A stretch of 26,620 nucleotides of DNA from Amoebidium appalachense (GCA_963693365.1 CAVNZM010000051.1:1-26620); one strand, 5' to 3'; positions 1 to 12,468 are shown, counted from the first letter of the stretch. Program-made: numbers and translations. Notes: generated by a model from the letters alone, not told the origin.

Positions 1-5
1 CTCAC

Positions 6-13
6 TATAAATA
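6..13 (+). promoter_or_regulatory. Possible TATA box
   Basis: TATAAATA about 310 bp upstream of the ATG at 324. Confidence 0.3.
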
Positions 14-323
14 CGCCGTGACTATACACTCTGTGCATGTTCCGAGTTCGCCGCGCGCAAGTCCACAGATTTCTCTTGCTGACATGTATCATTCGAGCCG
101 GTTCTTTACGCTGGCCACTCGGCCTTGTATTGAACCACCACTCGTATTGCACACGTACGTGCGCGTGTGTGTACATGCGGGTGTATTACTGAGACGTTAG
201 CTAGGGTAGTCAGGAACTGAGATTTAAGGCTAGGGTTTTTTTTTTGGTTTTTTTTTTTCAGTTTGTGTTGTTTTTTTGTGTTACGAAGTAGTGTACCGCC
301 TGTACAGTGTGTTCCCGGCAAAA

Positions 324-1491
324 ATGGCGCGAGGAAGGGGGGGCCAGATCAGAGGCCTTGCCTTCTTCTTTGTGGTTTCGTTCGTGCTGCTGGCGTCAAT
401 CCCCCCAAACGGAAGGCTGTAAGTGACACCATATAATCGTTAATATTTTGTGTGAGTCGTTTTTTTTGTTTGTTTTCTTCGTTTGTTTGTTTGCTTGTTG
501 ATATTTTAACGCGTTGTCAATATCTAAATAACGATCGATACGGTCGTAATCTTTGTATAGTATTATTGGCCATGAATTGGTTAGTTAAAACACTGCACCC
601 AGCCAACAATTTAATAGGTCTAGATATTAGGGCAAAGTCATCATTTTCGGCACATCAAATGACTACATATAATCCCCAACTGCATGCACACACGCAGGTT
701 GTGTCGTCCTCTTTATGACTCTTATGCGCTACCACAATGGTGACAACATATCTTACACTACAACATATCTAACAACATTTCCCCACAGTCTTCTTCCTCT
801 TCAAAAAGGCAGTCAGCCGCCACCACCGCCACCGCCACCACCCCCACCGCCACCCCCACCACCACCCCCTCCACCCCCTCCACCACCCCCACCACCCCCA
901 CCACCACCACCATGCCCGGAACTCCTTTATTGGGCAAATAACGCCGTGGGTTGCCAACCGGTTCCCCCTTGCAACCCTGGTTCGTATTTTTACGTTCAGA
1001 GAATGTCTTGCCAGCCGTGCCCTGCCCTGACATACAATGTGGATGGGAAGAAGTGTCTCCCTTGTGCGGAGGGGTTGGTTCCGAATAAGGACAGAACCAA
1101 CTGCGAGCCCTGCCCCATGGGTACCATTCGGGTAAGCATCCTGCGAACTATATATCATAAGTTATTTTATGTGTCACAGTGTAATTGTATACCCGATTAC
1201 ATGTTCATTATCTGCGAAGTGGTATGTTTGTCAACTATGTGGTCGAATTTTTATTGTATTTACGATTACCATTTTTTTTTTGAGTTTTTTCTTTTGGATG
1301 TTCAAAGAAGGTTTCAGTATCGAATTGGATTTTCATTTATTGCCATTTTAGCGGAATCATAACATGCTTCCGCTTTAAAATTGACTGACTTTTCGTTTAG
1401 TGTGATTTTTTCTTGTAGGATTTCTTGCCAAGCATGGTGCGAAAAATACCATAGCTAGTTTCCAAGGGGTTGTTCCCCCGTAGAAGCGGAC

Positions 1492-1547
<56 letters not shown>

Positions 1548-4500
1548 AAACAAACAAACAAACACACAGACCGGCAACACATGCAACCCGTGCCCCCCAG
1601 GCCAGTGGACCGGCGCCGGGCAGAAGAAATGCGAACCCTGTTCCCCTGGCACATATTCCGACCCCGCCAAGGGAGTCATGTGTGCCCCTTGCCCAATCAA
1701 CCAAGTCACAAATGGTCAAAGATGTGTTAACTGCACAGTAAATCAGCAACCTGACCCTGACACTAAAAAATGCGTTTCCTGTCCGGTGGGAATGAGCACA
1801 CCCGTCGCGGGTGAAATGTGCAAGGATTGCCCGCCTTGGCAGTACGCGGTTTCGGGTGGTGCGTGCACGAATTGCTCTGCGGGGCGGCAGCCGAAGCCTG
1901 GCCAATCAGGATGCGAGCCCTGTCCCCCTGGATCAGTCAATAACATTGCTGGAGGATTCTGTGGCCGATGCCCTCCCATGACTTATGCTGTCAGTGGTAT
2001 GTTGCTTGATACCTCCTCCCTGCCCCCCCCCCCCCCCCCCCCCCCGGGCCCCCTTCCATGATAAAAAACAAAAACAAAAAATAAAAGCAAACCGGTGATT
2101 CATATTTTTTAAATATTGAATGAATGACTAAAAATTAAACAGAAATGAAAGCTTAAATGGCGAAGCAAAATATAGCGTCTGAACATCGATGTAGCCACCT
2201 CAATGTTTTTCGTAGTTTGGAATCTGTACCTCACATCTATCAGCCAGTCTTCAAATCATGTGTCCAATTTACAATAATGATCGAAGCTCCGGAAAAGTGT
2301 TTGAATAGAAAACAAACAAATTTCTATTCAAACACACATCCAAAGACCCCAAAATCACGTGACTCAGACCCAATCCCCACGCAGGAATCCGCTGCGACCA
2401 AAACCCACTAATCCTGTGAGTCCCTAGCGGTAGCCAAACCAAGTGTGTTCCCTGCGAGGCCGGATTCACGTACGACCTAAAGATGAACGGTGATGAGTGT
2501 GTGCCCTGCCCCGTGGGCACATATTCTTTGGGTCAGGTGGGGGCCGGGTGCAGAAATTGCACGGCTGGACAGATGCCAAATAATTTGCAGACGGGATGTA
2601 TCCCGTGCACGGAAGGTAATTGTGTGAGTGTGGGTGTGTGTGGGTGTGGGTGTATTTGTGTGCGTGTGTGCATGATTTTTTGTGCATGTGCATGTACATG
2701 TGTACGTCATTTTTTTTTTTTTTTTTTTTTTTTTTTGCGTGTGTGTGTGTGTGAGTGTGTGTATAGGTGGGTGGGTGGGTGGGCCAGGCACAAACACACA
2801 CAATGTTACATGTACTAACACGGCTCCTCCGCCACCCACCCACCACCAATCCCACCTCCACCCCCCTCTCAAATTTAAAAATAAAATAAAAACACAGGAA
2901 CCTACTCCCCATACGGCAACCTGTGCATGCCGTACCCAAAGAGCACCTACTCAGGAACCTAGCCAAGTGTCTCAACTGCACCACCAACCAGCAGCCAAAT
3001 GCAAAGCAGACAGCGTGCGAGCCATGCATAAAGGGTAAGCAGCGACGCATACACACACACACACACACACACACACATGCACATGCCATATTCACCCCAC
3101 CCAACGCTCGCTACCTTATTACATACATACGCACCTGCTACCCCTATCCCCCTAACCCAAGTACCCACATACACACCCTCTCCCCGTCCCCCTCAACCCC
3201 TCCCCCCACCTCCCCCCCCCCCCCCTGTGAATGTACATTTTCTACTGAGTAGCACATTCCAGGCTGAGCCCCTAACCCCCACTTCTAGCACCTTCTAATT
3301 TGCACATTCTACCACCCCCCCCCCCCTTCATCTCCTCCCCCCTCCCTTCAGGACATGTCACACTCAGTAGCACATTCCAACCACCTCCCTCCCCCTCCTC
3401 CCATAGCAATTCTAACCCCCCCCCCTCCCCCCTCCCTCCCTCCCCCCCCCCCCTCCCCCCACCTCTCAGGATATGTAAGTGCACCGGGACAGATCTGCCA
3501 ACCGGGCAGTAACATCACCCCGGCACCGTGTATGATGACAAAGACAGAAACGGCCAATACACTGTCGGTGAGGGACTTGGCGGTGTTACTGTTCGCCTAG
3601 TCTCTGCAACCGGCGCAACAATCGCCACCACTACCACAAATATCAACGGGTTTTACGAGTTTAACTCTCTTCCTGCCGGAAATTACACCATTGTGGTGGA
3701 TAGTCCGTCTGGAAATTTGGCAATTAATCAGGATCCAGACCCCGAGGCACCATTGTGATTCTTGGCACCTCCGAGACTGTGGTTAGCGTGGATTTCCAGT
3801 ATATCTCCACACAAGGTAAATCCCCTCCCTCCCTCCCTCCCTCCCCGCCCCTCTCCTTCCACTTACCACCCCCCTATCACCCCTCTTACTCACCTTCCCA
3901 ACCCAGCCCCTTTTTTTTAAAAAAGTACAAAAGTACAAAAAAGTACAAACATTGATGATGCTCATTTGTTCCTCCCTCCCCCCTCCCCCCTCCCCCCTTC
4001 CCCCCACCACCCAACACACACATGCACACTGCAGAAAGGTTTCTGCTATCATACCTATCCATTGTTCTCGTAGCTGCTGATACTCTTCCAACCATAACAG
4101 TAGTCACAATATTAGTTATAATAACCATACTAACAGTAACAATATTAGTTACAGTATAGCTAATAATCCCCCTCCCCCTCCCCCCCCCCCCCAAACTCCC
4201 CCATCCCCCCTCCAGCCACCATCCGTGGCACCGTGTACGATGACAGCACCACCCCCAACGGCCGCCCATCCACCGGCGAAGGAATCCGCGGTGTCACCGT
4301 TCAGCTCACAGATGCAAACGGGCGTGTGCTTGCAAATACAGTCACAGACCGATTGGGTCAATTTTCGTTCTTGGTACCCCCCGGAACTTTCATCGTGAAG
4401 GTTGTCCCAAGCACCGTGCCTGCAAGGCTGTCGTTGAGATATGAGACGGATAACACCATCGATGGACAGATTACGGTATGTTCTAACCCCCCCCCCCCCC

Positions 4501-4691
4501 CTCCCTTCCGGCCTGCCCTCCTCTTCTTTCTGCCCCTTCCCCCCCCCCCCCCCCTTTCCCCGTCCCCTCCCCTAAGCCTACCTCTACACACACACAAGCA
4601 CACACCATCCTACGACCTCCCCTCCCCCCAAACCCAAAACACACCCACCCACTACATCGTTTCCTGCTGTGTTGCATTGTTCCCCCCCTTC

Positions 4692-4722
<31 letters not shown>

Positions 4723-7621
4723 ACGAGCATGCACGGACAAAGGGAATGTGCTAGGTAGACTGACCCCAGCGAACACCCACAGGTTACTGTCAAGCGCGGT
4801 GACGTCAAATGGGCCGATTTCGGTTACCTGCCCACCGATGCCCCCACCACCTCATACCAGCCCGAGCCCACCCCAACCCCCACCAACGCCGGCACCATCA
4901 AGGGCATTGTGTTTGACGATCTCAATCGCAACAAGATCGCCGATGGCGGCGAGGGAATTCCCAACGTCACCGTTACGATTTCCGACGCAAGCGGTAATGT
5001 TGTGGCGCGCGTGCGCACCGACGCAAGCGGCGCTTATTCCTTCGTCAACGTGCGTTTCGGCTCGTATGTTATCTCCGTTGATACCCCCACCGGCGGATAC
5101 CGCGCTTTTGTCGAACCTGACGTGGTTTTGGACGGCCGCACACGCACAAGCGTTAGCGTCACCAAGCCCGTTTCCGACAACGTCAACTACAGGTTCATTC
5201 GTAATGCTCCCCCACCAACCCCCACGCCTTCCCCTGTCCCCAACCCTACACCCGCCCCTACTCCTGCCCCGACCCCCGCTCCTACTCCGGCCCCCACACC
5301 TGCCCCTACTCCGGCCCCAACACCCGCTCCTACACCGGCTCCTACCCCTGCCCCTTCACCATACCCCGCCGGCCCCGGATCGATCACCGGAACCGTTTTC
5401 AACGATAAGGATGCCGATTACACGGTGACACCCGGCGAGGGTATTTCCGGCGTTGTTGTGACCCTTTATAACGACGCGACCAATAGGGTGATTGGTACTG
5501 TACGCACCGACGCTGCCGGCGTTTACCTTTTCCAGAAACTTCCAGTTGGTTCTTACCGCGTGGTGGTTTCCCCCCGGCGGGCCTTGTTGCTGAGGTTGAC
5601 CCGGATGATGTGTTGGATAGCAAGACGGTCACGGAGATTACGACCGATTTCCCTGACGTCACTGATCTCGATTTCGGATACATCGCCGGAAACCCCGCGC
5701 CATCTCCGGCCCCCACTCCCGCACCTACTCCTTACCCAACCCCCGCACCCACACCCGCCCCCACACCGGCGCCAACTCCCGCTCCTACACCTTCTCCTAC
5801 CCCTGCCCCCGGCCCGCTGGGATCAATCTCCGGGACCGTATTTGAGGATCAAAACGGCGACGGCAAGCCGAGCATGGATGGTAGCGAGGGTGTCCTGGGT
5901 GTCACTGTCACACTCACCCCCAACCTTCCCGGTGGCCGCATCCCGACGGTTCAAACGACACGCAGCGGCACATATTCCTTCCCCAACCTCCCACCTGGCA
6001 CGTACACCGTCACGGTGGTGGCCACAACGCTACCCGCGGGCCTGACCCAAACCGTTGACCCTGACCCGACCCGTTACAGCACCACCACCGTCACGCTTAC
6101 GTCGGCTCAGCCCCTCATGCACAATGATCGATTTTGGCTACCAACGTCCCCCTGCACCTACCCCACCCCCCGCTCCCACCCCGGCCCCTACTCCCGCGAC
6201 CAAACCCGCCCCTATGGGTCAGGGTAGCATTAGCGGAACCATTTTTGAAGACAAGGACGGAGATGAGCCCACCCCCGCCCCTATGGGTCAGGGGTAGCAT
6301 TAGCGGAACCATTTTTGAAGACAAGGACGGAGATGAGCTCCCAGCGGAGGGTGGATCGGAGGGTATCAAGGGCCTTACGGTGGGTCTTTTCACCCCCATC
6401 AGCGGCGCTACACCAATTAAAACCACCGTCACGGACAACAATGGTTTCTATTCGTTCGACAAGTTGCCCTTTGGCCAATACGGCGTGCAGATACTTCAGA
6501 GTTCGGTCCCCGCCGGCCTGACGCTCACAATCGACCCAGATGAAACGGTCGACGCTCAGACCACCGTCACTCTGACCGCCGCCGATCCGTCGATGGATAT
6601 GCTCGATTTCGGATATGTTCGAAATGGATACCCACCCGCTCCTACACCCGTACCTGTCCCCAACCCTACCCCTGCCCCAACCCCGGCACCTACTCCCGCT
6701 CCTACGCCTGCCCCTACCCCCGGCCCCGACGCCCGCCCCTACCCCGGCGCCTATGGGCAACGGAAAGCTGAGCGGCACTGTGTTTGAAGATAAGGACGGG
6801 GATGAAGCGCCCAGTGACAGCGGCTCGGAGGTTATTCCAAGCGTGACCGTCGGCCTGTTTTCGACCGCCAGCCCCGCCGCCCCTATCCGCACCATCACCA
6901 CCAACGCCAAGGGAGAGTACATGTTCGACAACCTCCCCCTAGGAACAAACTCGGTCCGGGTTCTCTGGCCGAGCGTGCCTACGGGTCTTGCCCTGCTCGC
7001 TGCGCCGATCCCGGTAAAGCCACCGACGGGAAGACATCGGTCACGCCCCACCCACGGACGATAACGAAATTACTATGCTCGATTTCGGTTACATCCGTAA
7101 CGGATACCCACCCGCTCCTACGCCTAGCCCTACCCCCCTGCCCCTACTCCGGCACCCACCCCGGCGCCGACTCCCGCTCCCACCCCGGCCCCGACGCCCG
7201 ACCCCGGAGTCTGTCCCAACAAGTGTAGTGCTTAAAGGGGTATGTTTTCCCGCGACTACAACGGCGACCTTCTCTTTAACCCGGGCGAGGGTCTTAAAGG
7301 AGTCGTGTGGTGAACGTTAAGAACGCCATGGGTAAGACCGTCGCTCCGGCAACGACGGACTCTGACGGTCTTTATTACGATTTGACGCTTCCCCCCGGCA
7401 CATATACTGTTGTTGTTGACCCTCCAACCGTCCCCAAGAAGGTGGTGGCGGTGGTCGATAATGACAGCGTGCCCAATGGGAGCACGACCAGTACCATTAA
7501 GACCCCCACCGATGAAATTGAAGAAAGAGAATTTCGGATCCGACCAGGGGTGGTGTGCCGAGGCACGTTAAAGATTTTATCTTGTTGCTTTCTACATGGG
7601 GACACCCCCACAAGGAGGTGA
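324..7621 (+). CDS. Multi-exon secreted/cell-surface protein: signal peptide, polyproline, Cys-rich GCC2/GCC3 (ephrin-receptor-like) repeats, ~8 SdrD-B-like domains with Pro-Thr/Ala linkers
   Basis: ATG 324 gives [25 protein letters not shown] (signal peptide). Approximate exons are 324-418, 809-1131, 1570-1996, 2385-2615, 2898-3034, 3470-3815, 4216-4475 and 4783-~7600, with GTAAG/GTATG donors, mostly CAG acceptors and ACTAAC branch points. CxPCPxGTY repeats are followed by GTVFxDxxxDG...GEGxxGVTVxL...TDxxGxYxFxxLPxGxYxV...DFGY repeats. There are several +/-1 frameshifts and the 3' end is uncertain. Confidence 0.8.
817..912 (+). repeat. Coding polyproline (CCN)n tract
   Basis: About 32 consecutive Pro codons in exon 2. 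Confidence 0.9.
5205..7205 (+). repeat. Interspersed (PTPA)n linker repeats between SdrD-B-like domains
   Basis: PTPAPTPA arrays near 5210-5370, 5695-5815, 6150-6210, 6630-6750 and 7105-7205. Confidence 0.85.
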
Positions 7622-7951
7622 AAATTTGGAAATTTCAGGCACTCTTTAGTTCGTTACGCTTTACGATGTGGGCACCTCTCCGCAGGGAGGCAAAAATTGG
7701 GGAAATTTTGTTAGATTATAACAATAGTCGTGACAGATTATCAGTAACCATGTTTGTTTGTATAACCTTACATGTGGAGCATCTTTGTATAGCATTTAGT
7801 GCAGCATCATCATCTTTGTATAGCATTTAGTGCAACAACATCAGGGTAAACGTATGTGACTAAACACCGTGTGTGTATGCCGCCGCAGCTTGTCTTTAGC
7901 CTAACCCTGCCAAATCATTAAAATTATATTTAGCTACAACTAAAATGTTTG

Positions 7952-7952
<1 letters not shown>

Positions 7953-7982
<30 letters not shown>

Positions 7983-8399
7983 ACCCACCCACTACCACCA
8001 CCACCACCATCACCTGGTCCACCACGCACACACACACTACCACCACCACCCCAGTCCCCGCCCGCCCACCAACCCGCTCGTGTCCAAATTGAACATGTAC
8101 ACACACCCTATAACCACCGCACAAACCTCTCCTATACTCTGCCCTCCCCCGCCATTGTAGGGGCAAAATGGCCCGGGAGGGCTTTCGTTTTGTGGCAGGG
8201 ACTCTGCATAAAGAGGAGAGGACGTGTGTGTGGGAGGATGACCAGTGGTGGCGGTGGTTCAGCTGAGAGTGGCGAGTCACCAGAAAAAGGTGTGGTGTCG
8301 ATTGCAGGGTCACCGTGGGGATGGGGGCCGCGGGGAAAAGGGGGGGGGGGGGGGGGGGGGGGCTTGGTTCTTATGTCTTGTTTTGTGTGTGTGTGCACG

Positions 8400-8438
<39 letters not shown>

Positions 8439-8780
8439 TGTGTGTGTGTGTGTGTGTGCGCGCGCGTTTGTGCGTGCGTGTACACGTGTGTAACAGCTTT
8501 GCGTTTGTGTGTAAGTGTGTGTGTGTGTTTGTGTGCACAGGTGTGTGCGTGTGTGGTTGTGCGCGTGTCACAGTGTACGTGTGAGTGTGTGTTTGTGTGT
8601 GTGTGTGCGCGCGTGCGTGTTTGTGTGTTTGTGTGTATGGGTGTGTGCGTAAGTGTGAGCGTGTGTGTGTGCGTGTGCGCGCACGCGCGGGCAGGGCCCC
8701 CACGCACGGTGTGTGTCACCGCGCACGTGGTTTGCAAAGGGGAGAGAGGGGAGGGGGGAGGGAGCTGGGGAGAGGGGGGA
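7953..8780. repeat. Low-complexity region: poly-C, (CAC)n, poly-G and degenerate (TG)n microsatellite
   Basis: Directly visible. The ORFs here are microsatellite translations. Confidence 0.9.
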
Positions 8781-9068
8781 AGCAATATACCAGGCTTACA
8801 AAATGAGACCCGTCTACCCGTGCAATCGCCCTTAAAATATCCGTACAATTGTGTCTGCCTCGATCGGGATTGATCACATAGATTATTGATCGCAGCCAAC
8901 CACGATCAAGGCACAGTTGTGCGGGGATGAGCTTTGATTGGATTATGCTGACCACATGCGACTTCAAGTTGATGCAAGCAGCATAAAAGAACGATTAGTT
9001 TCTGGGGGTAGACACCTTAATTCACATCGCAAGCCCCTCTCTACTCTTACACTAAGGGCATAAGTAGA

Positions 9069-9111
9069 GCCCAGTCTAGTTATTTCATCTCGCCCCCTCC
9101 TCCCTTCTTCT
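9069..9111 (+). repeat. Left terminal inverted repeat (43 bp)
   Basis: gcccagtctagttatttcatctcgccccctcctcccttcttct is the exact reverse complement of 12426-12468. Confidence 0.97.
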
Positions 9112-9377
9112 TTACTAAGCTTCCGTCACTATATAAGATCAAAATACAAATCCTAAATACAGAAAATGTCAAATTTCGGAAAATCGTCAATTTTGGAATT
9201 TTAGTGTATCATATTTTGGAATTTATAAAAATCTTAAATTGTAGTTAAACAGATTTATAAGGTAAAATAAGGAGGTTAGTACTATGTTAATAGTATTCTA
9301 GGAGTATAATCAAATGATTCAATATGATAATAAGAGTATAATTGAATAATACTATTCAATAGTAGGAAAGAGAAAAG

Positions 9378-9794
9378 ATGTATAACATAATTCATGTAAT
9401 GGAAAATGTAACAAATATAGCATTAGTAGGTATAGTAGTTTTAATAGTAATGTTTAGCAAGAATGGACAAAGTAGAAGTAATCAGATAAATATAAATACA
9501 ATAGTGACAATAGGAGTAGGTCTAATCGCGTGATTAGAAAGCGATAAATGAGGAAGAGTAATAGGATTAACAGGAGAATATGGACAGTTAATCGTGGAAT
9601 ATGGAATAGTAGCTACATTAATATCGGTAGTTGCTATATTAATGATGGATAGAGAGAAAGAGAAAAAGGGAATGGAACGAGTAGGGTTAATTATTTTAGC
9701 AACTTTAGGAATGATTATCTTAGTTGGTGCTCAAGATTTATTAACTGTTTACTTAGCAATGGAAGCTCAAAGTTTAGCTTTCTATACCTTAATT
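9378..9794 (+). pseudogene. nad2: Mitochondrial NADH dehydrogenase subunit 2, 5' portion only (translation table 4)
   Basis: The frame is open from ATG 9378/9399 if two in-frame TGA codons read Trp. It is hydrophobic and ends in LGMIILVGAQDLLTVYLAMEAQSLAFYTL, matching the Nad2 'DL...YL..E.QSL..Y.L' motif. The downstream EAxxKYF motif was not found. Confidence 0.8.
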
Positions 9795-10400
9795 TGAAAC
9801 AGCTCACAGAGGTAACCTGGATAATCTGTCATTATTCAAACTTGGGTTTAGATTCTTATTCAATTGATGGTTCACTCTTATCGTTGTAATATTATTATTG
9901 TAATTTTATTCTTATTCTTAGCTCTCCGAATTGAGAGCTGTCTTTACTAACTCGTTTAGTAAGAGATGTTACAGGTAATCGAAAGAATACCAGTACTAAG
10001 CACTATAGCTGAAATAGTACGAAACCCCTCTGATAAAACAGGGGAGACATTCATTCACATCTAGAGTAACATATAAAGAGAATAACTGAAAGTTAATAGT
10101 TTCACTTGGTGTAAAAGATACTAACTAGTATGTTTTTTAACTTTATAGAAAGAATATTTAAGAACTTTATAAAAGGAAGATGATAGATATTTCTTATTTA
10201 ACCTAGTCGACTCAGATCACTCAGGTTACAGGGACGCTGATTGCAACGGGGGATCAGTGCTTTATCGGAACTTTGCGTATATAGGAATTATCCATGCCTT
10301 GTTTAACTGATTGAATTTAATTAGTTAATTCTATAAAGGGAGGATCTATTTTTCTATAGTCTTGGTACTATCCTTTCGAAGGTTATTCCTTTTTAGATGA
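9795..10400 (+). other. Structured non-coding region, possibly (part of) an organellar self-splicing intron
   Basis: Begins where nad2 similarity stops. Local hairpins include agctctc/gagagct, ggta..gaaa..tacc and cccct..agggg, plus long-range gtaacctg (~9812) with caggttac (~10222). No canonical group I or II core could be assigned. Confidence 0.35.
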
Positions 10401-10989
10401 GCCACTTAGAGAAAAATCTACGTCCCCCCTCCCTTTGCTTCAGCGATCCGGGACCCATAATTTTCAGGTTTTTCAAGTTTTCTCTACCTAAAACTAATAG
10501 AAATTTGAAAAGATTTTGAAAATGGGTTGGTTGGTGATGACTAGAGCAACTGGATGAAGACAAGTTGAGAAAGCATTTGAGCACCTTTTCTTAGATTGAG
10601 TGGTAAAAGATAAATGGGGGGAAGCATTAGAGTACTTCTTCTTGAATAGGTCATAAGAGGGATTGCGGCAGTAGAGAGATGAAGAATGCTAACAGTAGAT
10701 AGGGAGAAAGAGTGAAAGCAGCAGAGAGATAAAGAATTACAGAAGAGTAGTTTATTGATGAAGAATAACGGAGTAACAGAGGAGTAACAGAGGAGTAATT
10801 TATTGATGAGGAACAAAGGAGGAGTAATGGTTTTATTTGTGGAAATTATTGACATAAATATTTTTCTGGGTAAACACGTAGGATGGGTGTCCGATATCAA
10901 CAGACTTCGTTTCATGTTTTAGCAGTTCGCGTTCGGCTGCCTGCATACGGGCACTTGTTAGAAGAAAAAAAGATAGAAATTCTAGCTTA

Positions 10990-11930
10990 TCACAAATAGA
11001 ATTTCGTAAATTGTATTTTTAGTAAATGGTTGAAAATGCTCACAAAAATTAAAAGGTTTAGCTCGAATACCTAATACCCCAGAAGCTAGCTGACGAGGAA
11101 AGTCTCCTACCATCTAGCACGGATTAACCATTGAAATTCCTCACTAACTAAAGATACCAAGGTAGATATAATTTATAGGAAAGATACTAAATTTCACTGG
11201 AAAATAAGGTGCATGTAACCACTTTTGTAATTCATAAATAACTGAAAATACTCACTATCATGAAATGGTGCACCTCGAATATCTGGCTCCCCCCGGAAGC
11301 TAACTGACGAGGAGAGTCTCCTACCATCTAACACGGGCTAAGTATTGAAATTACTCACTAATGGAGGTAAAGAAAAGGAATAAGCTTGCTATGGAAGACA
11401 CTAAATTTAACTAGAAAATAAGATGCTTGTCACAAATAGAATTTATAAGTTTTATTTTTGTAAATAGCTGTAATTGTTCTCTATGTAGAAAGGGTTTAGC
11501 TAGAATAGCTAACTCCCCCCGGAACAGGTTTAGCCATGAGGGTCTCCTACGATTTAGTTAGAGTTTAGTGTTGAAATTACTCACTAATAAAGTTTAAAAG
11601 CTTTAAGAAATGACTAGGAAAGACACTCATTATTACTTGAAAACAAGGTGCATGTAACCACTTTGGTATTTCGTAAATAGCTGAAAATGCTCACTGTCAT
11701 TTAAAGGTTTAGCTCGAATACCTAGCTCCCCCTCGGAACAATTCTAACCAGGAGAGTATCCTATCATTTAGTTCGAGCTTACTGTTAAAATTCTTCACTA
11801 ATGTAGATTAGAAATCTTAAGAAAATGGCTATGAAAGACACTCATTTTTGCTTAAAAAGAAGGTGCATGTAACCACTTTTGTATTTCGTAAATGGCTGAA
11901 AAATAGTCACTGTCAATTTGAGGTTTACCT
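10990..11930 (+). repeat. Imperfect tandem array, ~4.5 units of ~210-225 bp
   Basis: The anchor gtaaat(g/a)gctgaaaatgctcac recurs near 11022, 11234, 11460, 11673 and 11888. ggtttagctcgaatacct, gtctcctac, ttgaaattactcactaa and aaggtgcatgtaaccactt also recur. Confidence 0.9.
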
Positions 11931-12155
11931 ATAATACCTAGTCCCCCCCGAAATACCTAGCTCCCCCCGAAGGCTCATTTTCAAAATAATACCTAGTCCC
12001 CCCGAAATACCTAGTACCCCCCGAAGAATCGAAGATTTAGCTGAAATTTCATATGATCAATAATACCTAGTGCCCCCCGAAATACCTAGTACCCCCCGAA
12101 AACCAGTTTAGCTATAATACCTAGTGCCCCCCGAAATACCTAGTACCCCCCGAAG
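11931..12155 (+). repeat. Array of ~19-bp aatacctagN(c)nga repeats, arranged as pairs
   Basis: About 8 copies, e.g. aatacctagtgccccccga then aatacctagtaccccccga. Confidence 0.9.
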
Positions 12156-12164
12156 ACCAATTTC

Positions 12165-12412
12165 TAAAATCTCCACCCTATCCATCCTAGTCCAACATGC
12201 TTAGACTAAGGTTGTGAGTGCTAGATGGACCTGTAACCGCTTCATTGAGCTCTTCGCTTGCGCTAGCTACGAGCTCTGGTGAAGCTCTGCCCTACTATCC
12301 CAGAATCTCCAACCTACCTATCTAGTACCCTCCCTATTAAGATTTCTCCCCTCCCTACATCCAAAAATCTCCACCCTACACCTCCTACATCTAAAATCTC
12401 CACTACCTACTT
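12165..12412 (+). repeat. Subterminal aatctcca(c)cctac repeats
   Basis: Copies near 12168, 12304, 12366 and 12394, just inside the right TIR. Confidence 0.7.
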
Positions 12413-12425
12413 ACATGCCTAGAAT

Positions 12426-12468
12426 AGAAGAAGGGAGGAGGGGGCGAGATGAAATAACTAGACTGGGC
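12426..12468 (-). repeat. Right terminal inverted repeat (43 bp)
   Basis: agaagaagggaggagggggcgagatgaaataactagactgggc. Confidence 0.97.

Larger units (their letters stand above)
9069..12468 (+). other. Linear mitochondrial minichromosome-like unit (NUMT or mis-joined organellar contig)
   Basis: Sharp AT-rich block with a perfect 43-bp TIR, a code-4 nad2 fragment and a repeat array at one end. No transposase and no target-site duplication. Confidence 0.8.

Noticed and set aside
7780-7834. 24-bp direct repeat catctttgtatagcatttagtgca
   Set aside because: Two-copy local duplication with no further structure.
7930-8899. Long Cys/Val- or His/Thr-rich ORFs
   Set aside because: Translations of (TG)n/(CA)n microsatellites. 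The same applies to ORFs around 1375-1905 and 2466-3104.
10393-10915. Minus-strand ORFs in the mitochondrial unit
   Set aside because: Antisense to a purine-rich repetitive strand, with no recognisable motifs. Plus-strand code-4 frames here are short and not nad2-like.
11931-12155. CRISPR-like repeat/spacer appearance
   Set aside because: Repeats are degenerate, paired and irregularly spaced, with no cas genes and an organellar/eukaryotic context.
9069-12468. DNA transposon or MITE suggested by the TIRs
   Set aside because: No TSD or transposase, and the content is mitochondrial.
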